Origin: an uncultured archaeon
GTDB lineage: Archaea > Aenigmatarchaeota > Aenigmatarchaeia > CG10238-14 > CAZWBF01
DNA length: 45,003 nt
NCBI GenBank assembly: GCA_964632185.1
Contig: CAZWBF010000002.1
Coordinates: forward strand, 1-45,003
Direction of reading: 5' to 3'
A program made the translations under genes and the position numbers. Every line of letters starts with the position of its first letter. Within the stretch, counting starts at the first letter, position 1. Under the pieces are notes generated by a model. It was not told the DNA's origin. It saw only the letters and a list, made by a program, of their open reading frames with translations, and did not search any database. This document shows, piece by piece, positions 9,136-20,398 of the stretch.

Positions 9136-11325
9136 TTACTCAGGTTTTGGAATTTTTTCTGGCATACCTTTCCTTTTTCTTATTCCTAAAACTGTACTTT
9201 CTCTTAATTCTTTTGGCAATTTTTCAAATACAATTTCAACTAAACTATAAAATCCTCTTCCAGAAGTTATAGATTTTAGAGTTGCGTCAAAACCAAACAT
9301 TTCAGCTACAGGAAGTTTTGCCATTATTATGCTTGCTCCTCTTTCTTCTCTCATATTCAAAATTTGTCCTCTCCTATTTTCAATTTCTCTTGTTACATTA
9401 CCGATTAATTCAACTGGAACATCAATCCTTATTATTTGTTTTGGTTCAAGCAAAGTTGGGTCTGCTCTTAACATAGCGTTCATTATTCCATATTTAACAG
9501 CTGGTATTATTTGTCCAGGACCTCTATGAACAGGATCTTCGTGTAAATCAGCATCAACAAGTTTAACTTTAATTTTAGTACAAGGCTCTTTAGCTAATGG
9601 ACCTTCATCCATCATTTCAGTAAAAGCTTCAATTATCATTTCAATAACTTCATTCAAGAATTGAACTCCTTTTGTTAGGTCAATTAAAACATTTTTATTA
9701 TGAATACAAATAATGTTTCTTGCTTCATCATAATTCATACCATATTCACTAATAGTTTTCGCAAGCTTAACATTTTTCTTCTTCAAATTCATATCACTTG
9801 GAATAATTCCCTCCTTCATCTTTTCATAGATCGAATCTTCTAAAGGCTCAACACATATGTAAAGTTTGTTATGCTTATTCGGAGATTTTCCTTCAATTGT
9901 TGGAGAAGAAGAAAAAATTGTTTCTCTGTAAACAACTATTGGTTGAGAAGTTATAACATCTATACCACTCTCTTTAAGTTTATTTTCAACCTTTGCTTCT
10001 AAATGTAGTTCTCCTAATCCAGAAACCAAATATTCTCCAGTTTCTTGATTAATCTTTACTTTTAAAGTTGGGTCTTCTTTTCCAATTCTTATCAAAGCAT
10101 TTACAAGTTTTGGTAATTCCATAGGATTCTTTGGTTCAATTGCTTTTGTAACAACTGGCTCAAACAAATGTTTTATTTCTGTGAATGGCTCAATTGGGTT
10201 ATCAACTTCACAAATTGTTTCACCGGTAAAAGCTTCTGGTATACCTACTATTGCAGCTATATTACCTGCTGTAATTTCATCAACAGGTATTCTCTGTATT
10301 CCTTTGAAAATCGCAATATTTTGAAGTCTTTCTTTTTTTCTAGAACTAATTAAATAAACTTCTTTTCCTTTGAAAACTTTCCCAGAGAAAATTCTTGCAG
10401 TAGCAACAAAACCTACATGTGGATCTGGAATCATTTTCGTAACTATAGCTGCTAATTTTCCATTTGAATTACAATTAAGCATATCTTTTCCAATTTCACT
10501 ATTTAAATCTCCTTTCCAAATTTTTGGAATTCTGTATTTTTGAGCTTCGACTGGAGAAGGTAAGTGCCTAATTATCATATCAAGTACAACTTGATGTAAA
10601 GGTGCAATTCTTGCTAATTCATCTTCTTTTCCTTCTAGAGTTAGTTTTATTATATCGTTAAAAGTAATTCCAGTTTTTTTCATGAATGGAATAGAAATTG
10701 CCCATCTTTTATATGCAGAACCTATTGCAACACTTCCATCAGAAATTTTAACTAACCATTTATTTTTGTATTCTTCTGGAGCATATTTCTGAATTAAAAT
10801 ATTCACTTCTTTAATTAGATTTTCAAATCTTTTCATCATATCTTCTGGGCTAAGCTTTAACTCTTTTATTAAGCGGTCAGTTTTATTTATAAATAAAATT
10901 GGTTTTACATATTCTCTCAAAGCTTGCCTAAAAACAGTTTCTGTCTGGGGCATTATTCCTTCAACAGCACATATCAAAACTATAGTACCATCTGCTGCTC
11001 TCATTGCTCTAGTAACATCTCCACCAAAATCTACGTGACCAGGAGTATCAAGCAAATTAATTAAATAATCTTTTCCTTCATATTCATGAACCATTGAAAC
11101 GTTAGCACCATAAATAGTTAATTCTCTTCTTCTTTCTTGCTCGTCAAACCAAGTATACATTACTTTCCCTGCCATTTCTTCAGCAAGCATTCCTGCACCA
11201 GCCATTAAATTGTCAGTTAAAGTTGTTTTTCCATGGTGTACATGAGAAGAAGTTGCTACATTCCTTACTCTATTTGGATCTTTCATACACTCTTTTATTC
11301 TTTCGCTCATCTCTTTTTTAGGCAA
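9136..11325 (-). CDS. fusA: translation elongation factor aEF-2 (TTG start)
   Basis: 729 aa with HVHHGKTT, DTPGHVDF, NKTDR and the diphthamide-loop HEDPVHRGPGQ. The start is TTG, preceded by GAGGTGA. Confidence 0.97.
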   Translation of the reverse strand: MPKKEMSERIKECMKDPNRVRNVATSSHVHHGKTTLTDNLMAGAGMLAEEMAGKVMYTWFDEQERRRELTIYGANVSMVHEYEGKDYLINLLDTPGHVDFGGDVTRAMRAADGTIVLICAVEGIMPQTETVFRQALREYVKPILFINKTDRLIKELKLSPEDMMKRFENLIKEVNILIQKYAPEEYKNKWLVKISDGSVAIGSAYKRWAISIPFMKKTGITFNDIIKLTLEGKEDELARIAPLHQVVLDMIIRHLPSPVEAQKYRIPKIWKGDLNSEIGKDMLNCNSNGKLAAIVTKMIPDPHVGFVATARIFSGKVFKGKEVYLISSRKKERLQNIAIFKGIQRIPVDEITAGNIAAIVGIPEAFTGETICEVDNPIEPFTEIKHLFEPVVTKAIEPKNPMELPKLVNALIRIGKEDPTLKVKINQETGEYLVSGLGELHLEAKVENKLKESGIDVITSQPIVVYRETIFSSSPTIEGKSPNKHNKLYICVEPLEDSIYEKMKEGIIPSDMNLKKKNVKLAKTISEYGMNYDEARNIICIHNKNVLIDLTKGVQFLNEVIEMIIEAFTEMMDEGPLAKEPCTKIKVKLVDADLHEDPVHRGPGQIIPAVKYGIMNAMLRADPTLLEPKQIIRIDVPVELIGNVTREIENRRGQILNMREERGASIIMAKLPVAEMFGFDATLKSITSGRGFYSLVEIVFEKLPKELRESTVLGIRKRKGMPEKIPKPE

Positions 11326-11381
11326 ATTTTCTCACCTCGTAATTTAATGAATTAGTAGATTTATTCTATTAAAAGTTTGCA

Positions 11382-11978
11382 TTATCTTGCTCCTTCAGCT
11401 TCTTTTTCTATTCTTTCTTTTTCTCTTATTGCTATTGATTTACTTGCATCATTATTATAAGCTGCAATTATTTCTTCGGCCAAAGCATCAACTATATTTA
11501 GCTTTTTTCCAAATGCTTTTTTATAAGCAGCTTGTGCAATATTTTTTAATGCTAAATCAACTCTTCTTTGCGGACTCGTAACAACAGCCCTTCTAACTAT
11601 TATTCCTCCAACTTGATAACCAGCAATTTCCTCTCTTAACGCAGCGTTTTCTATTGCTCTAATAAAAACCTCTATCGGATTTTTATTTAATTCCTTCTCA
11701 ATCTTTTCCATCGCTTTTATAAATATCTTATAATTTTTTTCCTTCTTTCCTATAATTATTCCGCTTGTTCTCTTATGTTTTTTACCTTCATGTCCTGGTA
11801 CCATCATTTTGTTTATAAACCTTTCAACTATGTTTATCTTTGATTTTGCTTGCCTTTTCGCATATCTTCCATAAGAATGAGGTATCAGTTTAGAAGATAA
11901 ATTTATATAATCTTTTAGACCCGGATCTTTTACTTCTATTTTATCAATTTCCCATTTATCAAAAATTTTAAAACTCAT
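11382..11978 (-). CDS. rps7: 30S ribosomal protein S7 (uS7)
   Basis: 198 aa at the conserved position after S12 and before EF-2. S7-like segments are present (VERFINKMM, AIENAALREE). An AGGAG SD lies upstream. Confidence 0.93.
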   Translation of the reverse strand: MSFKIFDKWEIDKIEVKDPGLKDYINLSSKLIPHSYGRYAKRQAKSKINIVERFINKMMVPGHEGKKHKRTSGIIIGKKEKNYKIFIKAMEKIEKELNKNPIEVFIRAIENAALREEIAGYQVGGIIVRRAVVTSPQRRVDLALKNIAQAAYKKAFGKKLNIVDALAEEIIAAYNNDASKSIAIREKERIEKEAEGAR

Positions 11979-11979
11979 C

Positions 11980-12324
11980 TTAAGTCTCCTCTTGTGTTAT
12001 TGGTTTCATTCCAATTTTATATCCGGTTATTCTGCTTCCAAACTTTGGATGTGTGATTATACTCCATTTCAGGTACCCATAATAGCAAAGTATTCTTAAA
12101 TCTTCTAATAATAGTAGTGAGGTATATCTAAGAGACCCTTCTCCAAAATCATCATAAAGAGATGGAGCATAATTTTTGACTGCATCAACAATTATGCCAT
12201 AAGAGACAAACATATCTTTTGGTAGGTGTTCATTTAAAATTTCCCATAACTTAATTTGTCTTTCATTTAACTCGGCAGATAAAATTTTCAAAGCAATTTT
12301 TTCGACTAAATTCAAAACTATCAC
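11980..12324 (-). CDS. hypothetical protein inserted between rps12 and rps7; possible winged-helix fold
   Basis: 114-codon ORF. Its GTG overlaps the S12 TGA, or an in-frame TTG at 12315 lies 5 nt after GAGGTGA. It ends 1 nt before the S7 ATG. The helix/helix/beta-hairpin pattern (..[32 protein letters not shown]) resembles a wHTH wing. Confidence 0.5.
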   Translation of the reverse strand: MIVLNLVEKIALKILSAELNERQIKLWEILNEHLPKDMFVSYGIIVDAVKNYAPSLYDDFGEGSLRYTSLLLLEDLRILCYYGYLKWSIITHPKFGSRITGYKIGMKPITQEET

Positions 12325-12743
12325 CTCGCCGGCTTTTGTTTTTTACCTTTTAATATTTCGCTTAAGGCAACACCATTTACTGCCACAACTTTATACTTTA
12401 TTCCCCACATTGTTCCCTTTGGACCTTTCTGCTTTCCCCCTATACCTTCTATAATAACTTCATCATGCTCATCTATTATATCAATAGCTCCAGTTTTTGG
12501 AACATGAGCAGTAACTTGAACATTATTTTTAAGAAGTTGTACTCTAACAGCTTTAATCATTCCAGAAGAAGGTTTTCTTTGCTCAACCATTCTTTTTGCT
12601 ATAACAATTCCTTTTGCTCTTGGTGCACCTTCTAAAGGATCCAGTTTCCAAAGTTTTAACTTTTTAGATTTAAACTTATAGCTACTCCATCTAAACTTTT
12701 TTCTTTTTTTCTTCAAATTTCTTGCAGCGAATTCACCTGGCAC
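12321..12743 (-). CDS. rps12: 30S ribosomal protein S12 (uS12), GTG start
   Basis: 140 aa with a [22 protein letters not shown] core typical of S12/S23. An AAGGTGAT SD lies upstream. Confidence 0.95.
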   Translation of the reverse strand: MPGEFAARNLKKKRKKFRWSSYKFKSKKLKLWKLDPLEGAPRAKGIVIAKRMVEQRKPSSGMIKAVRVQLLKNNVQVTAHVPKTGAIDIIDEHDEVIIEGIGGKQKGPKGTMWGIKYKVVAVNGVALSEILKGKKQKPAR

Positions 12744-12747
12744 TTTA

Positions 12748-13152
12748 TCACCTTATTATCAAATTCTTTATATTATGATTCCTCTCAAGTAATTTTTTTA
12801 TTATTTTTAAATTTTTTTCATCTCTTCCTATTACAATTGGTCTATCTTTTTTATCAACTTTTACTTCAACCGTATCTTCTTTTATAATAACTTCTTTAGC
12901 CATTGGTATTAAATTTCTTACAAATTCCTCTAAATCATCGGAAAACTCAAAAACCTTTATATTTCTTCTTATCGCTTTTTCAGCTCTTTTAATTAATATT
13001 CCATTTTTTCCGATCGCATAACCTACTTTTCCTTTTTCCACACCAATATAAACTGTATCTCCTTCAATAATACAATCTTTAACCTCAGTTCCAGTCAAAT
13101 TTTCAAAGATGTTTATTATATGAATTGTTTCTGTGTCAAATTCTTTTGGCAT
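12748..13152 (-). CDS. nusA: archaeal NusA-like transcription termination/antitermination factor (KH domains)
   Basis: 134 aa with two KH-like GxxG segments ([19 protein letters not shown]). It sits at the conserved position between L30e and S12. Confidence 0.85.
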   Translation of the reverse strand: MPKEFDTETIHIINIFENLTGTEVKDCIIEGDTVYIGVEKGKVGYAIGKNGILIKRAEKAIRRNIKVFEFSDDLEEFVRNLIPMAKEVIIKEDTVEVKVDKKDRPIVIGRDEKNLKIIKKLLERNHNIKNLIIR

Positions 13153-13154
13153 CT

Positions 13155-13415
13155 TTAACCCTTTATAACTATTGTTGATATTGGATATGGTTTTCCACAG
13201 ACTACACCTAATTCTCTACTTGTACCTTCAAATACTCTAATTTTTGTCTTTGAGAGTTTGCACAAATGATTTATATCCTTTTTCATTTTCTCGGGCATAT
13301 TTTCAGCTATTATTACTAATTTTGCTTTATTTATCTTTAAAAATTTTATTGATTCCTTAAATCCCAAAATAGCACTTCCTTTTTTTAAAGCATTCTTCAC
13401 TATTCTTTCTACCAT
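13155..13415 (-). CDS. rpl30e: 50S ribosomal protein L30e
   Basis: 86 aa with an L7Ae/L30e-fold pattern (AKLVIIAENMP...SRELGVVCGKPYPIS). It sits at the conserved position after rpoA''. Confidence 0.85.
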   Translation of the reverse strand: MVERIVKNALKKGSAILGFKESIKFLKINKAKLVIIAENMPEKMKKDINHLCKLSKTKIRVFEGTSRELGVVCGKPYPISTIVIKG

Positions 13416-13454
13416 ATAATGAATAATAAGAACAAAAAAGATAAATAAAGATTT

Positions 13455-14585
13455 TTATTCCTCTTCAAATTTCATTATCAAATCAAACATTCCAGTACCA
13501 CTAGGAACGACTTGACCTATCATCACATTTTCAAATATTCCATTAAAGTTATCAACTTCATTTTTTAATGATGCTCTAACCAAATGCTTTATAGTTTCTT
13601 CAAAACCAGCTCTTGCCAAAACAGAAACTTTGGAACCAGCAACACCATATCTACCTATAGGGCTAATCTTCCCTCTAAATGTCATTATATCTGCAACTAA
13701 AATTATATGCCTTAGATCAACATCTATTGCTTGTTGTTGAATTGTATTTAAAACTTCTTCTATTATTAAATTCCTTGCAGCTTCTATTCCAAAAATCTTT
13801 TCTATTTCATAAATGTTGTTTGATAAAACTTTATTTTCATCCACTTCCTTCAATTTCATAATTTCTTCTAAGTTGCTTCCAATTGTTTCAACTACCCATT
13901 CGTTATTCTCTTTCTTAACTAAAGCATTCTCTATTCCTTTAATTCCACTAATACTCAAATCCAAAACTTTTCTTTTCAATTTTTGAAGTTCAGTTATGCT
14001 AACCTCTTCTTTTGGTAAAATAACTATCAAATCTTTTCTACTTCTTACTTTCACGTCTTTTATTTCTTTTTTTATTTTTTCAATCACTGAGCTAGTTTTT
14101 CTTTTGTCAATTAATTCAACTTCTAAACAACCTTCACTCAAATTAATTGAAATTCCTGAAATTAAATGAATTAACTTTCTTTCAATTATTTTTTCAGCAA
14201 ATCGGGTTGCTTCTTTTTCAGTATTATACTCCTTTTTCAAAAATATAGTCATTGTTGAAATATTTGGCTCTTTTCTTGCGTCAAACAATTCAATTAATCT
14301 TGGTAATCCTTGGGTTACTTTTACACCAACTGTTCCTGCAACATGGTAAGTACGCATAGTCATTTGAGTACTTGGTTCAGAAATGCTTTGGGCTGCTATT
14401 ATTCCAATCGCTTCTCCAGGCTCAAAAGAACTCTTCAAATATTCTTTTTTTACCTCAGCTTCTAACTTTGATATTTCTTCCTTTTTTAATCTAAATTTTT
14501 CCGCAACTTTCAATATTTCTTTTCTAATATTTTCTGGAAGTTCAACTTCCAATTTTGAATATTCTTTTTGCAATATTTTCGACAT
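13455..14585 (-). CDS. rpoA2: DNA-directed RNA polymerase subunit A''
   Basis: 376 aa with [28 protein letters not shown] (trigger-loop region) and [19 protein letters not shown] lies upstream. Confidence 0.93.
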   Translation of the reverse strand: MSKILQKEYSKLEVELPENIRKEILKVAEKFRLKKEEISKLEAEVKKEYLKSSFEPGEAIGIIAAQSISEPSTQMTMRTYHVAGTVGVKVTQGLPRLIELFDARKEPNISTMTIFLKKEYNTEKEATRFAEKIIERKLIHLISGISINLSEGCLEVELIDKRKTSSVIEKIKKEIKDVKVRSRKDLIVILPKEEVSITELQKLKRKVLDLSISGIKGIENALVKKENNEWVVETIGSNLEEIMKLKEVDENKVLSNNIYEIEKIFGIEAARNLIIEEVLNTIQQQAIDVDLRHIILVADIMTFRGKISPIGRYGVAGSKVSVLARAGFEETIKHLVRASLKNEVDNFNGIFENVMIGQVVPSGTGMFDLIMKFEEE

Positions 14586-17500
14586 CTATACCCTCCTTTT
14601 TAATTTTGCTTGGGTCCAAATTATCTTCTCCAGCAGTAAATTGAATTATATTTTTACCAGAGTCCCTTACAGTTCCATCATACTCAACTTTTAAATCTTG
14701 GAGAGCTCCGATCAATCTTCTTTCCATATATCCAGAATGCCTAGTTCTTAAACTTTTATCCATTAAATTCTCTCTTGAATTCATAGCATCGAAGAAAAAT
14801 TCAAAAGGAGATAATCCTTGTCTGAAACCTTTTGGAACAAAACCTTTTGCCTCTAAACTTATATCACCAACTTTAAAATGAGGGAATGTTCTTCTATAAT
14901 AACCTCTTTTTATTCTTTCTTCCATTATCATTTCTTGTCCAATTAAAGTTGAAATTTGCATAAAGTTTACTATTCCTCCTCTTGCACCACTTAGCATCAT
15001 AGCTAAAACGTTATTAAACCTTATATTTTCAGAAAGTAATTCACCAACCCTAGTAACTAATGAGCTTATTTTCCTTTTAATTAAAGTTTCTAAAGTTTCT
15101 TCTAAAGTTCTACCAACCATAATTTTTAATTTTCCACTTTCATACTCGTTTATTAGTTCGTAAACCTCTTTTCTCGTTTTCTCTATTAAGCTATTAATTT
15201 CTTTTTTCAGATCCTCTGGTAAATCTTGATCAGCAATACTTATGCTAAATCCATAAAGAGTCAAAAATTCTATTCCTAATTTTGTTATTTTTTGTAGAAA
15301 ATCTTTAACAAATTCGCTACCATATAGCTTTTCCATTTCATCTATTATCTTACCACCCTCAGCACCAACTGCATTTTTATCAATTGCACCATATAACAAT
15401 TTTCCATCTTTTATTACAACATAAGTGTCAGATTCTAAAACATGTTTACATTTTTCTTTCTTGCATTTTCTACAACCAACATATGCTTTTGTTTTAAATT
15501 CTATGTTAAAATCTTTTGGTAAAAACAGGCTAAATATTTCTTTCCCAGTCATAAATGCTTTTTTTGGTATTTCCATATCTTTATCAACACTTCTTATCAA
15601 ATGAACAAACTCTTTTCTTGAAAATTTCTTTTGACCCAAAGTTAAAAGATATAGACCAGTTATATGGTCACGCATCGCACCAACTATTGGCCCTGAAAAC
15701 CTAGGACTTCTCAAATGTTTGATTACATTCATTAAAATTTTTGCTTCTGCTTGTGCCTCTTCAGTTTGCGGTATATGCAAATTCATTTCGTCTCCATCAA
15801 AATCTGCATTATAAGGAATGCAACTGCATAAATTCAATCTAAATGTTTTGAATGGCATTACTCTAACTTTATGTGCCATCATACTCATTCTATGCAGACT
15901 TGGTTGCCTATTGAATAAAGCTACATCTCCATTTATCAAATGCCTTTCAACTATATATCCAACTGTTATCTCTTTTGCTATCTCTTCCTTATTTTCTTCT
16001 GTTATCTTTTTTCTTCTTCCATCAGGCCTTATAACATAATTCGCACCAGGCCAAGTTTTTGGCCCATTTAATATTAAACTTTTTAAGAAATCTATATTGT
16101 TTTCATTTACTCTTACAGGAATAGTTAATTCCATTGCAATTCTTTCTGGCACACCTACTTCATCTATATCGATTAAAGGGTCTGGCGAAATAACTGTTCT
16201 GGCTGAAAAATTCACTCTTTTTCCAGCCAAGTTACCTCTAAATCTTCCTTCTTTTGTTTTTAATCTTTGAGATAAAGTTTTTAAAGCTCTTCCAGACCTA
16301 TGCCTAGCTGGAGGTACTCCTGTAAGTTCGTTATCAAAATAAGTTGCCACATGATATTGTAAAAGTTCCCAAAGGTCTTCTATTATGAAATCTGGTGCAC
16401 CCAACTCAATATTTTCCCTTAATCTATCGTTAATTCTAACAATATCAACTAACTTATGAGTTAAATCATCTTCTGACCTTTCTCCTGTTTCTAAAGTAAT
16501 TGAAGGCCTAACAGTTACAGGAGGAATTGGAAGTAAAGTTATTACAAGCCACTCAGGCCTAAATCCTTTAAGACCTAAAAGATTCAATTCTTCATCCTCA
16601 ATTTTTTCTAATCTTTCTCTTATCTGTATTTGGTTTAATATTTTATTTCCTTCTATTATTGTGTATGGCTTCAAAAATTTCAAGTTCTTTTGCTCAGCTT
16701 TACAGTACGGACACTTCTTTAAAACTTTTCTTATAGCTTCTTTAACCGAAATTTTTCCTTCTTTAAGTTTTTCAACAGTTTTTTCATCAAGTAACAATCT
16801 ACTACATTTCCTACAAAAACATTTTAAAAGAGTAAATATTGTTTTTGCATAATGAACATGAATTACTGGTTTTGTTAATTCTAAATAACCAAAATGGCCA
16901 TAACATTCACCAACTCCTCCTCCACAAGTTCTACATTTTATACCAGGATCGACAACCCCTAATCTAGGATCCATTAATCCTCCTTCGATTGGATAACCCT
17001 CTTGATCATATAAATCTATCTTTGTAATTTTTGCAGAGCTCATTTTCTTTACCATTTCTGGACTTAAAACAGTAAAAACAATTCTTTCAACTTTTGGCAT
17101 TTCTTCAGAAATAACTATTTTTGGATAAATTAGCATACTCTTTAATTCCTCAATCATTAGTTTGAAAGCGTAACTCATTTCAATAATCGAAATTTTTGAT
17201 TCACCACAAACTGGACAATAATATTTCTTTTTAATTTTATCATAAATTGCAAATAATCCACACTCATTACATATAGGAATAGCAGCTTTATCAGAACTAA
17301 ACCTTTCTTTCAAAACTAGAGAAGCGCCATGAGCAATTAAGCAATCTTTTTCCATTTCCCCTAATCTTAATCCTCCTTCTTTACTTCTTCCTTCTGTTGG
17401 TTGTTTAGTTAGTAAAGTTACTGGTCCTCTAGACCTCGCATGGATTTTATTCGAAACCAAATGATCAAGTTTTTGATAAAAGCAAATTCCTATGAAAGTA

Positions 17501-18888
17501 GTTTGGGGCATTCCTGTTCTTCCCTCATACATTGTTTCTGTTCCATCTTCACTATATCCAAATTCTTTCAATCTCTTTCTTAATTCATCTTCTTTTACAG
17601 GGTCAAATGGCTGTGAATAAATTATTTCCCCAGAAAGAGCTGCAACCTTTCCAGCCATAATTTCTAGTAATTGACCTACGGTCATTCGGGTTGGTAAGGA
17701 ATGTGGATTAAATAGTAAATCTGGTACAGTTCCCTCTTCAGTAAATGGTAAATCTTCTGCTGGGGCAATTAAACCTATTACTCCTTTTTGTCCATGTCTA
17801 GAAGCAAATTTATCCCCAATTTCTGGTATTTTCAAATCTCTTACAACAACTTTAACTAATTTTGTTCCATCAACTGTTTGCGTTATAAAAACTCTATCAA
17901 CAATTCCTTTATCACCATGTCTTAAAGTTACGGAAGTTTCTCTTATATTTTCAATTCCAGTAATAAATTGATCCATCGCACCAAGGAAGCGTAAAGGTGA
18001 AATTCTTCCTATCAAAACATCATCAGAATTTACTTTCGTCTCTGGATTTACAATTCCGTCTTCAGGTAAATGTTTATATGCATCTTCGCCAGCATAACCC
18101 CTTACTCCAGGCTTAGGAATACCGATTATGTCTTCTTGCCCGCCCATATACCTCTTTTCTTCAGCTTCGTAAGTTCTATACATTATGCTCCAGAATAAAC
18201 CTCTTTCTATTGAAGCCTTATTAAATACTAAAGCATCTTCCATATTATATCCTAAATAACTACCAAGTGCGATTACAACATTTGAACCTGCAGGATGTTC
18301 TTCTACCTTCAAAATTTTATGAGAAAATGTTTGTACGAGAGGGACTTGAGAATAAACTAAAATATTAGATTTTGTATCTACTCTTAGTAAAAAGTTAGAA
18401 GAAAAAACACCTATAGCTTGCCCATGCATTTTTGCACCATAATTTACTCTATCTCCTCTATCAAATTCTGCATAAGGAATATGACTACTAGAAAGACCTA
18501 AAATTAAAGAAGGATGAATTTCAAGATGAGTATGCTCATTTGTCAAATCTTCTTCTCTTAAAGCAATATATGCATTTTCCTCTTCTTCTGCATCTAAATA
18601 TTCAATTATTCCATTTTTTATTAAATCGTCCCATTTCCATTCTCCTCTCTTCAATTTTTCTATATGTTCCTCTTTTAATTTTGGCTTTCCATTTTCAACT
18701 ATTATTAAAGGTCTCCTAACTCTTCCAGATTCTGTTGAAATATTTATTATATCTAGATGCTTATGCCAAGCTATATTTACTTGGTCTGAGATTAAGCCTA
18801 ACCTTCTTCTTTCCCTTATAGTTTTAACTATTTTTTCTGGATTTTCCGTTTTTCCAATATATCTACCGTCTAAAAATATTGAAGTCAT
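14542..18888 (-). CDS. single ORF encoding RNA polymerase subunit B' (aa 1-596, nt 18888-17101) fused in frame to subunit A' (aa 597-1448, nt 17100-14542)
   Basis: The B' part carries [13 protein letters not shown], the [10 protein letters not shown]-type motif and a C-terminal Zn ribbon CNECG..CPVCG. The A' part carries a Zn site [32 protein letters not shown] and the catalytic [10 protein letters not shown]. The junction ...[24 protein letters not shown] has no stop codon. Confidence 0.9.
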   Translation of the reverse strand: MTSIFLDGRYIGKTENPEKIVKTIRERRRLGLISDQVNIAWHKHLDIINISTESGRVRRPLIIVENGKPKLKEEHIEKLKRGEWKWDDLIKNGIIEYLDAEEEENAYIALREEDLTNEHTHLEIHPSLILGLSSSHIPYAEFDRGDRVNYGAKMHGQAIGVFSSNFLLRVDTKSNILVYSQVPLVQTFSHKILKVEEHPAGSNVVIALGSYLGYNMEDALVFNKASIERGLFWSIMYRTYEAEEKRYMGGQEDIIGIPKPGVRGYAGEDAYKHLPEDGIVNPETKVNSDDVLIGRISPLRFLGAMDQFITGIENIRETSVTLRHGDKGIVDRVFITQTVDGTKLVKVVVRDLKIPEIGDKFASRHGQKGVIGLIAPAEDLPFTEEGTVPDLLFNPHSLPTRMTVGQLLEIMAGKVAALSGEIIYSQPFDPVKEDELRKRLKEFGYSEDGTETMYEGRTGMPQTTFIGICFYQKLDHLVSNKIHARSRGPVTLLTKQPTEGRSKEGGLRLGEMEKDCLIAHGASLVLKERFSSDKAAIPICNECGLFAIYDKIKKKYYCPVCGESKISIIEMSYAFKLMIEELKSMLIYPKIVISEEMPKVERIVFTVLSPEMVKKMSSAKITKIDLYDQEGYPIEGGLMDPRLGVVDPGIKCRTCGGGVGECYGHFGYLELTKPVIHVHYAKTIFTLLKCFCRKCSRLLLDEKTVEKLKEGKISVKEAIRKVLKKCPYCKAEQKNLKFLKPYTIIEGNKILNQIQIRERLEKIEDEELNLLGLKGFRPEWLVITLLPIPPVTVRPSITLETGERSEDDLTHKLVDIVRINDRLRENIELGAPDFIIEDLWELLQYHVATYFDNELTGVPPARHRSGRALKTLSQRLKTKEGRFRGNLAGKRVNFSARTVISPDPLIDIDEVGVPERIAMELTIPVRVNENNIDFLKSLILNGPKTWPGANYVIRPDGRRKKITEENKEEIAKEITVGYIVERHLINGDVALFNRQPSLHRMSMMAHKVRVMPFKTFRLNLCSCIPYNADFDGDEMNLHIPQTEEAQAEAKILMNVIKHLRSPRFSGPIVGAMRDHITGLYLLTLGQKKFSRKEFVHLIRSVDKDMEIPKKAFMTGKEIFSLFLPKDFNIEFKTKAYVGCRKCKKEKCKHVLESDTYVVIKDGKLLYGAIDKNAVGAEGGKIIDEMEKLYGSEFVKDFLQKITKLGIEFLTLYGFSISIADQDLPEDLKKEINSLIEKTRKEVYELINEYESGKLKIMVGRTLEETLETLIKRKISSLVTRVGELLSENIRFNNVLAMMLSGARGGIVNFMQISTLIGQEMIMEERIKRGYYRRTFPHFKVGDISLEAKGFVPKGFRQGLSPFEFFFDAMNSRENLMDKSLRTRHSGYMERRLIGALQDLKVEYDGTVRDSGKNIIQFTAGEDNLDPSKIKKEGIDVENIAKRIFKIGS

Positions 18889-20360
18889 TTCAATACCTCC
18901 ATTATATTTTTCAAACTTTTTTCATCTGCACCCTTCGTAACTTCAGCCATTAAAGCTAAATATTTTCTTAATCCAATAGTTGCACCTTCTGGAGTTTCAC
19001 TTGGACATAATTTACCCCAATGCGTAGGATGTAATTCCCTAGCTTCAAAATGTTCTTGCGTAGAAGTTAATGGTGATAAAACATTTCTCATATGAGTTAA
19101 TGTTTTTAAATAATTTGCTCTTTCCAATCTTTGACTTACACCAGTTCTTCCTCCAACCCATGTTCCTATGGCTAAAGCTGAAACAATTTGATTTGTTAAA
19201 ACGTTTGATTCAACTATTGCTTGTAAAGGTGGTAATCTTCCCCTTTTTGTTAGCTTTTGATAATTGTAAGTTATTCTAGTTATCAAACCCCATTTCCCAA
19301 GTAAAATTGATCTTAATAGAATTTCTAAAAGATCTCCAGCCAATCTTAATCTTTTATTAGAGTAATGGTCTAAATCATCTTCTTCAATCTTTCCCAAATG
19401 CAATTTAATTATTTTCTCTATTGCTTTACATAAAAATAATGCTTTTTCTAATCTGTTTGTTGAATCTTGGCCTAAATGAGGTAACAAATATCTATCTATT
19501 AAGCGGGTTGCTCTTTCGATTTGATATTCTTTTTGTGGAATTTTTATATGTCTACCAATAGCTTCTAAAGCTTCTTCTTGAGTTGTGACTTCGCATTCGT
19601 ATATATTCGAATAAAATTCTTCCAAAATTTCTTCATCTGTTGAAATTGCAGCAATTATTTCATTATCTTTTATCAATCCCAAAGCTTTGATTAATATTAT
19701 AATTGGTAATCTTGTAACATTTGCAAAACTTATAAAAATCATTCCATCATTCCTTCTTTCAATTAAATGTCTTTGAATATATCCTTCCTTTTCAGAATGA
19801 ATTCTTGCAATTTCGGTAATGCTACCAGTATCTTCTTTTGTGACAATTATTTTGTTTTGGGCAATTTCCTCAACCATTACCAAAATCCTTTCAGTTCCAT
19901 TTACTATGAAATATCCACCTGGGTCATCCGGGTCTTCACCCGCTTCAATTAGCTCATTCCTATCCATTTTGGATAGAGGACAAATCTTTGATTTAACCAT
20001 AACTGGCAAATCACCAAAATTAACCATAACACTCTCGCTTTCAATATTGTTAAGAATTGGTGTCATTTCAACAAACATTGGAGCAGCATAAGTTAAATTT
20101 CTTAATCTTGCTTCCATAGGTAAAATTTCTCTTACACTTCCATCAGCTTCTTTAATAGAAGGTCCACCTATCATAAACTTTCCAAGCTTTATTCTTAACT
20201 CTCCTATATCTGGCACTTCTGGTTTTATCTCTCCAATTTCCTTAAAAATTTTAGGAATCCTTCGAGTGATGAAATCATTGTAAGACTCTATTTGAAATCT
20301 AACTAATCCTTTTTCTTTAACAAAAGTGTTAAGTAACTCTAAAAATATTTTATTATTCAT
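18885..20360 (-). CDS. rpoB2: DNA-directed RNA polymerase subunit B'' (N-terminal half of split B)
   Basis: 491 aa with typical N-terminal segments of subunit B (SYNDFI, GYFIVNGTERIL, LSPLTSTQEHFEARELHPTHWG). It overlaps B' by ATGA. Confidence 0.93.
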   Translation of the reverse strand: MNNKIFLELLNTFVKEKGLVRFQIESYNDFITRRIPKIFKEIGEIKPEVPDIGELRIKLGKFMIGGPSIKEADGSVREILPMEARLRNLTYAAPMFVEMTPILNNIESESVMVNFGDLPVMVKSKICPLSKMDRNELIEAGEDPDDPGGYFIVNGTERILVMVEEIAQNKIIVTKEDTGSITEIARIHSEKEGYIQRHLIERRNDGMIFISFANVTRLPIIILIKALGLIKDNEIIAAISTDEEILEEFYSNIYECEVTTQEEALEAIGRHIKIPQKEYQIERATRLIDRYLLPHLGQDSTNRLEKALFLCKAIEKIIKLHLGKIEEDDLDHYSNKRLRLAGDLLEILLRSILLGKWGLITRITYNYQKLTKRGRLPPLQAIVESNVLTNQIVSALAIGTWVGGRTGVSQRLERANYLKTLTHMRNVLSPLTSTQEHFEARELHPTHWGKLCPSETPEGATIGLRKYLALMAEVTKGADEKSLKNIMEVLK

Positions 20361-20385
20361 CCAACACCTTTTTTAAATTTTTTAC

Positions 20386-20398
20386 CGAGCCGCCTATA
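20386..20398. repeat. GC-rich 13-mer CGAGCCGCCTATA, copy 1 (rpoB'' upstream region)
   Basis: Exact match to 39260-39272. Similarity extends to CGAGCCGCCTATA[G/T]TGT. Confidence 0.6.

Noticed and set aside
7001-11581. Short plus-strand ORFs inside the DsbA-like, tuf, fusA and rps7 genes
   Set aside because: They are antisense shadows of confidently called genes, with no independent support.
14383-20091. Multiple short plus-strand ORFs within the rpo genes (14383-14694, 15818-16039, 16661-16852, 19070-19279, 19767-19952, 19819-20091)
   Set aside because: All are antisense shadows of RNAP subunit genes.
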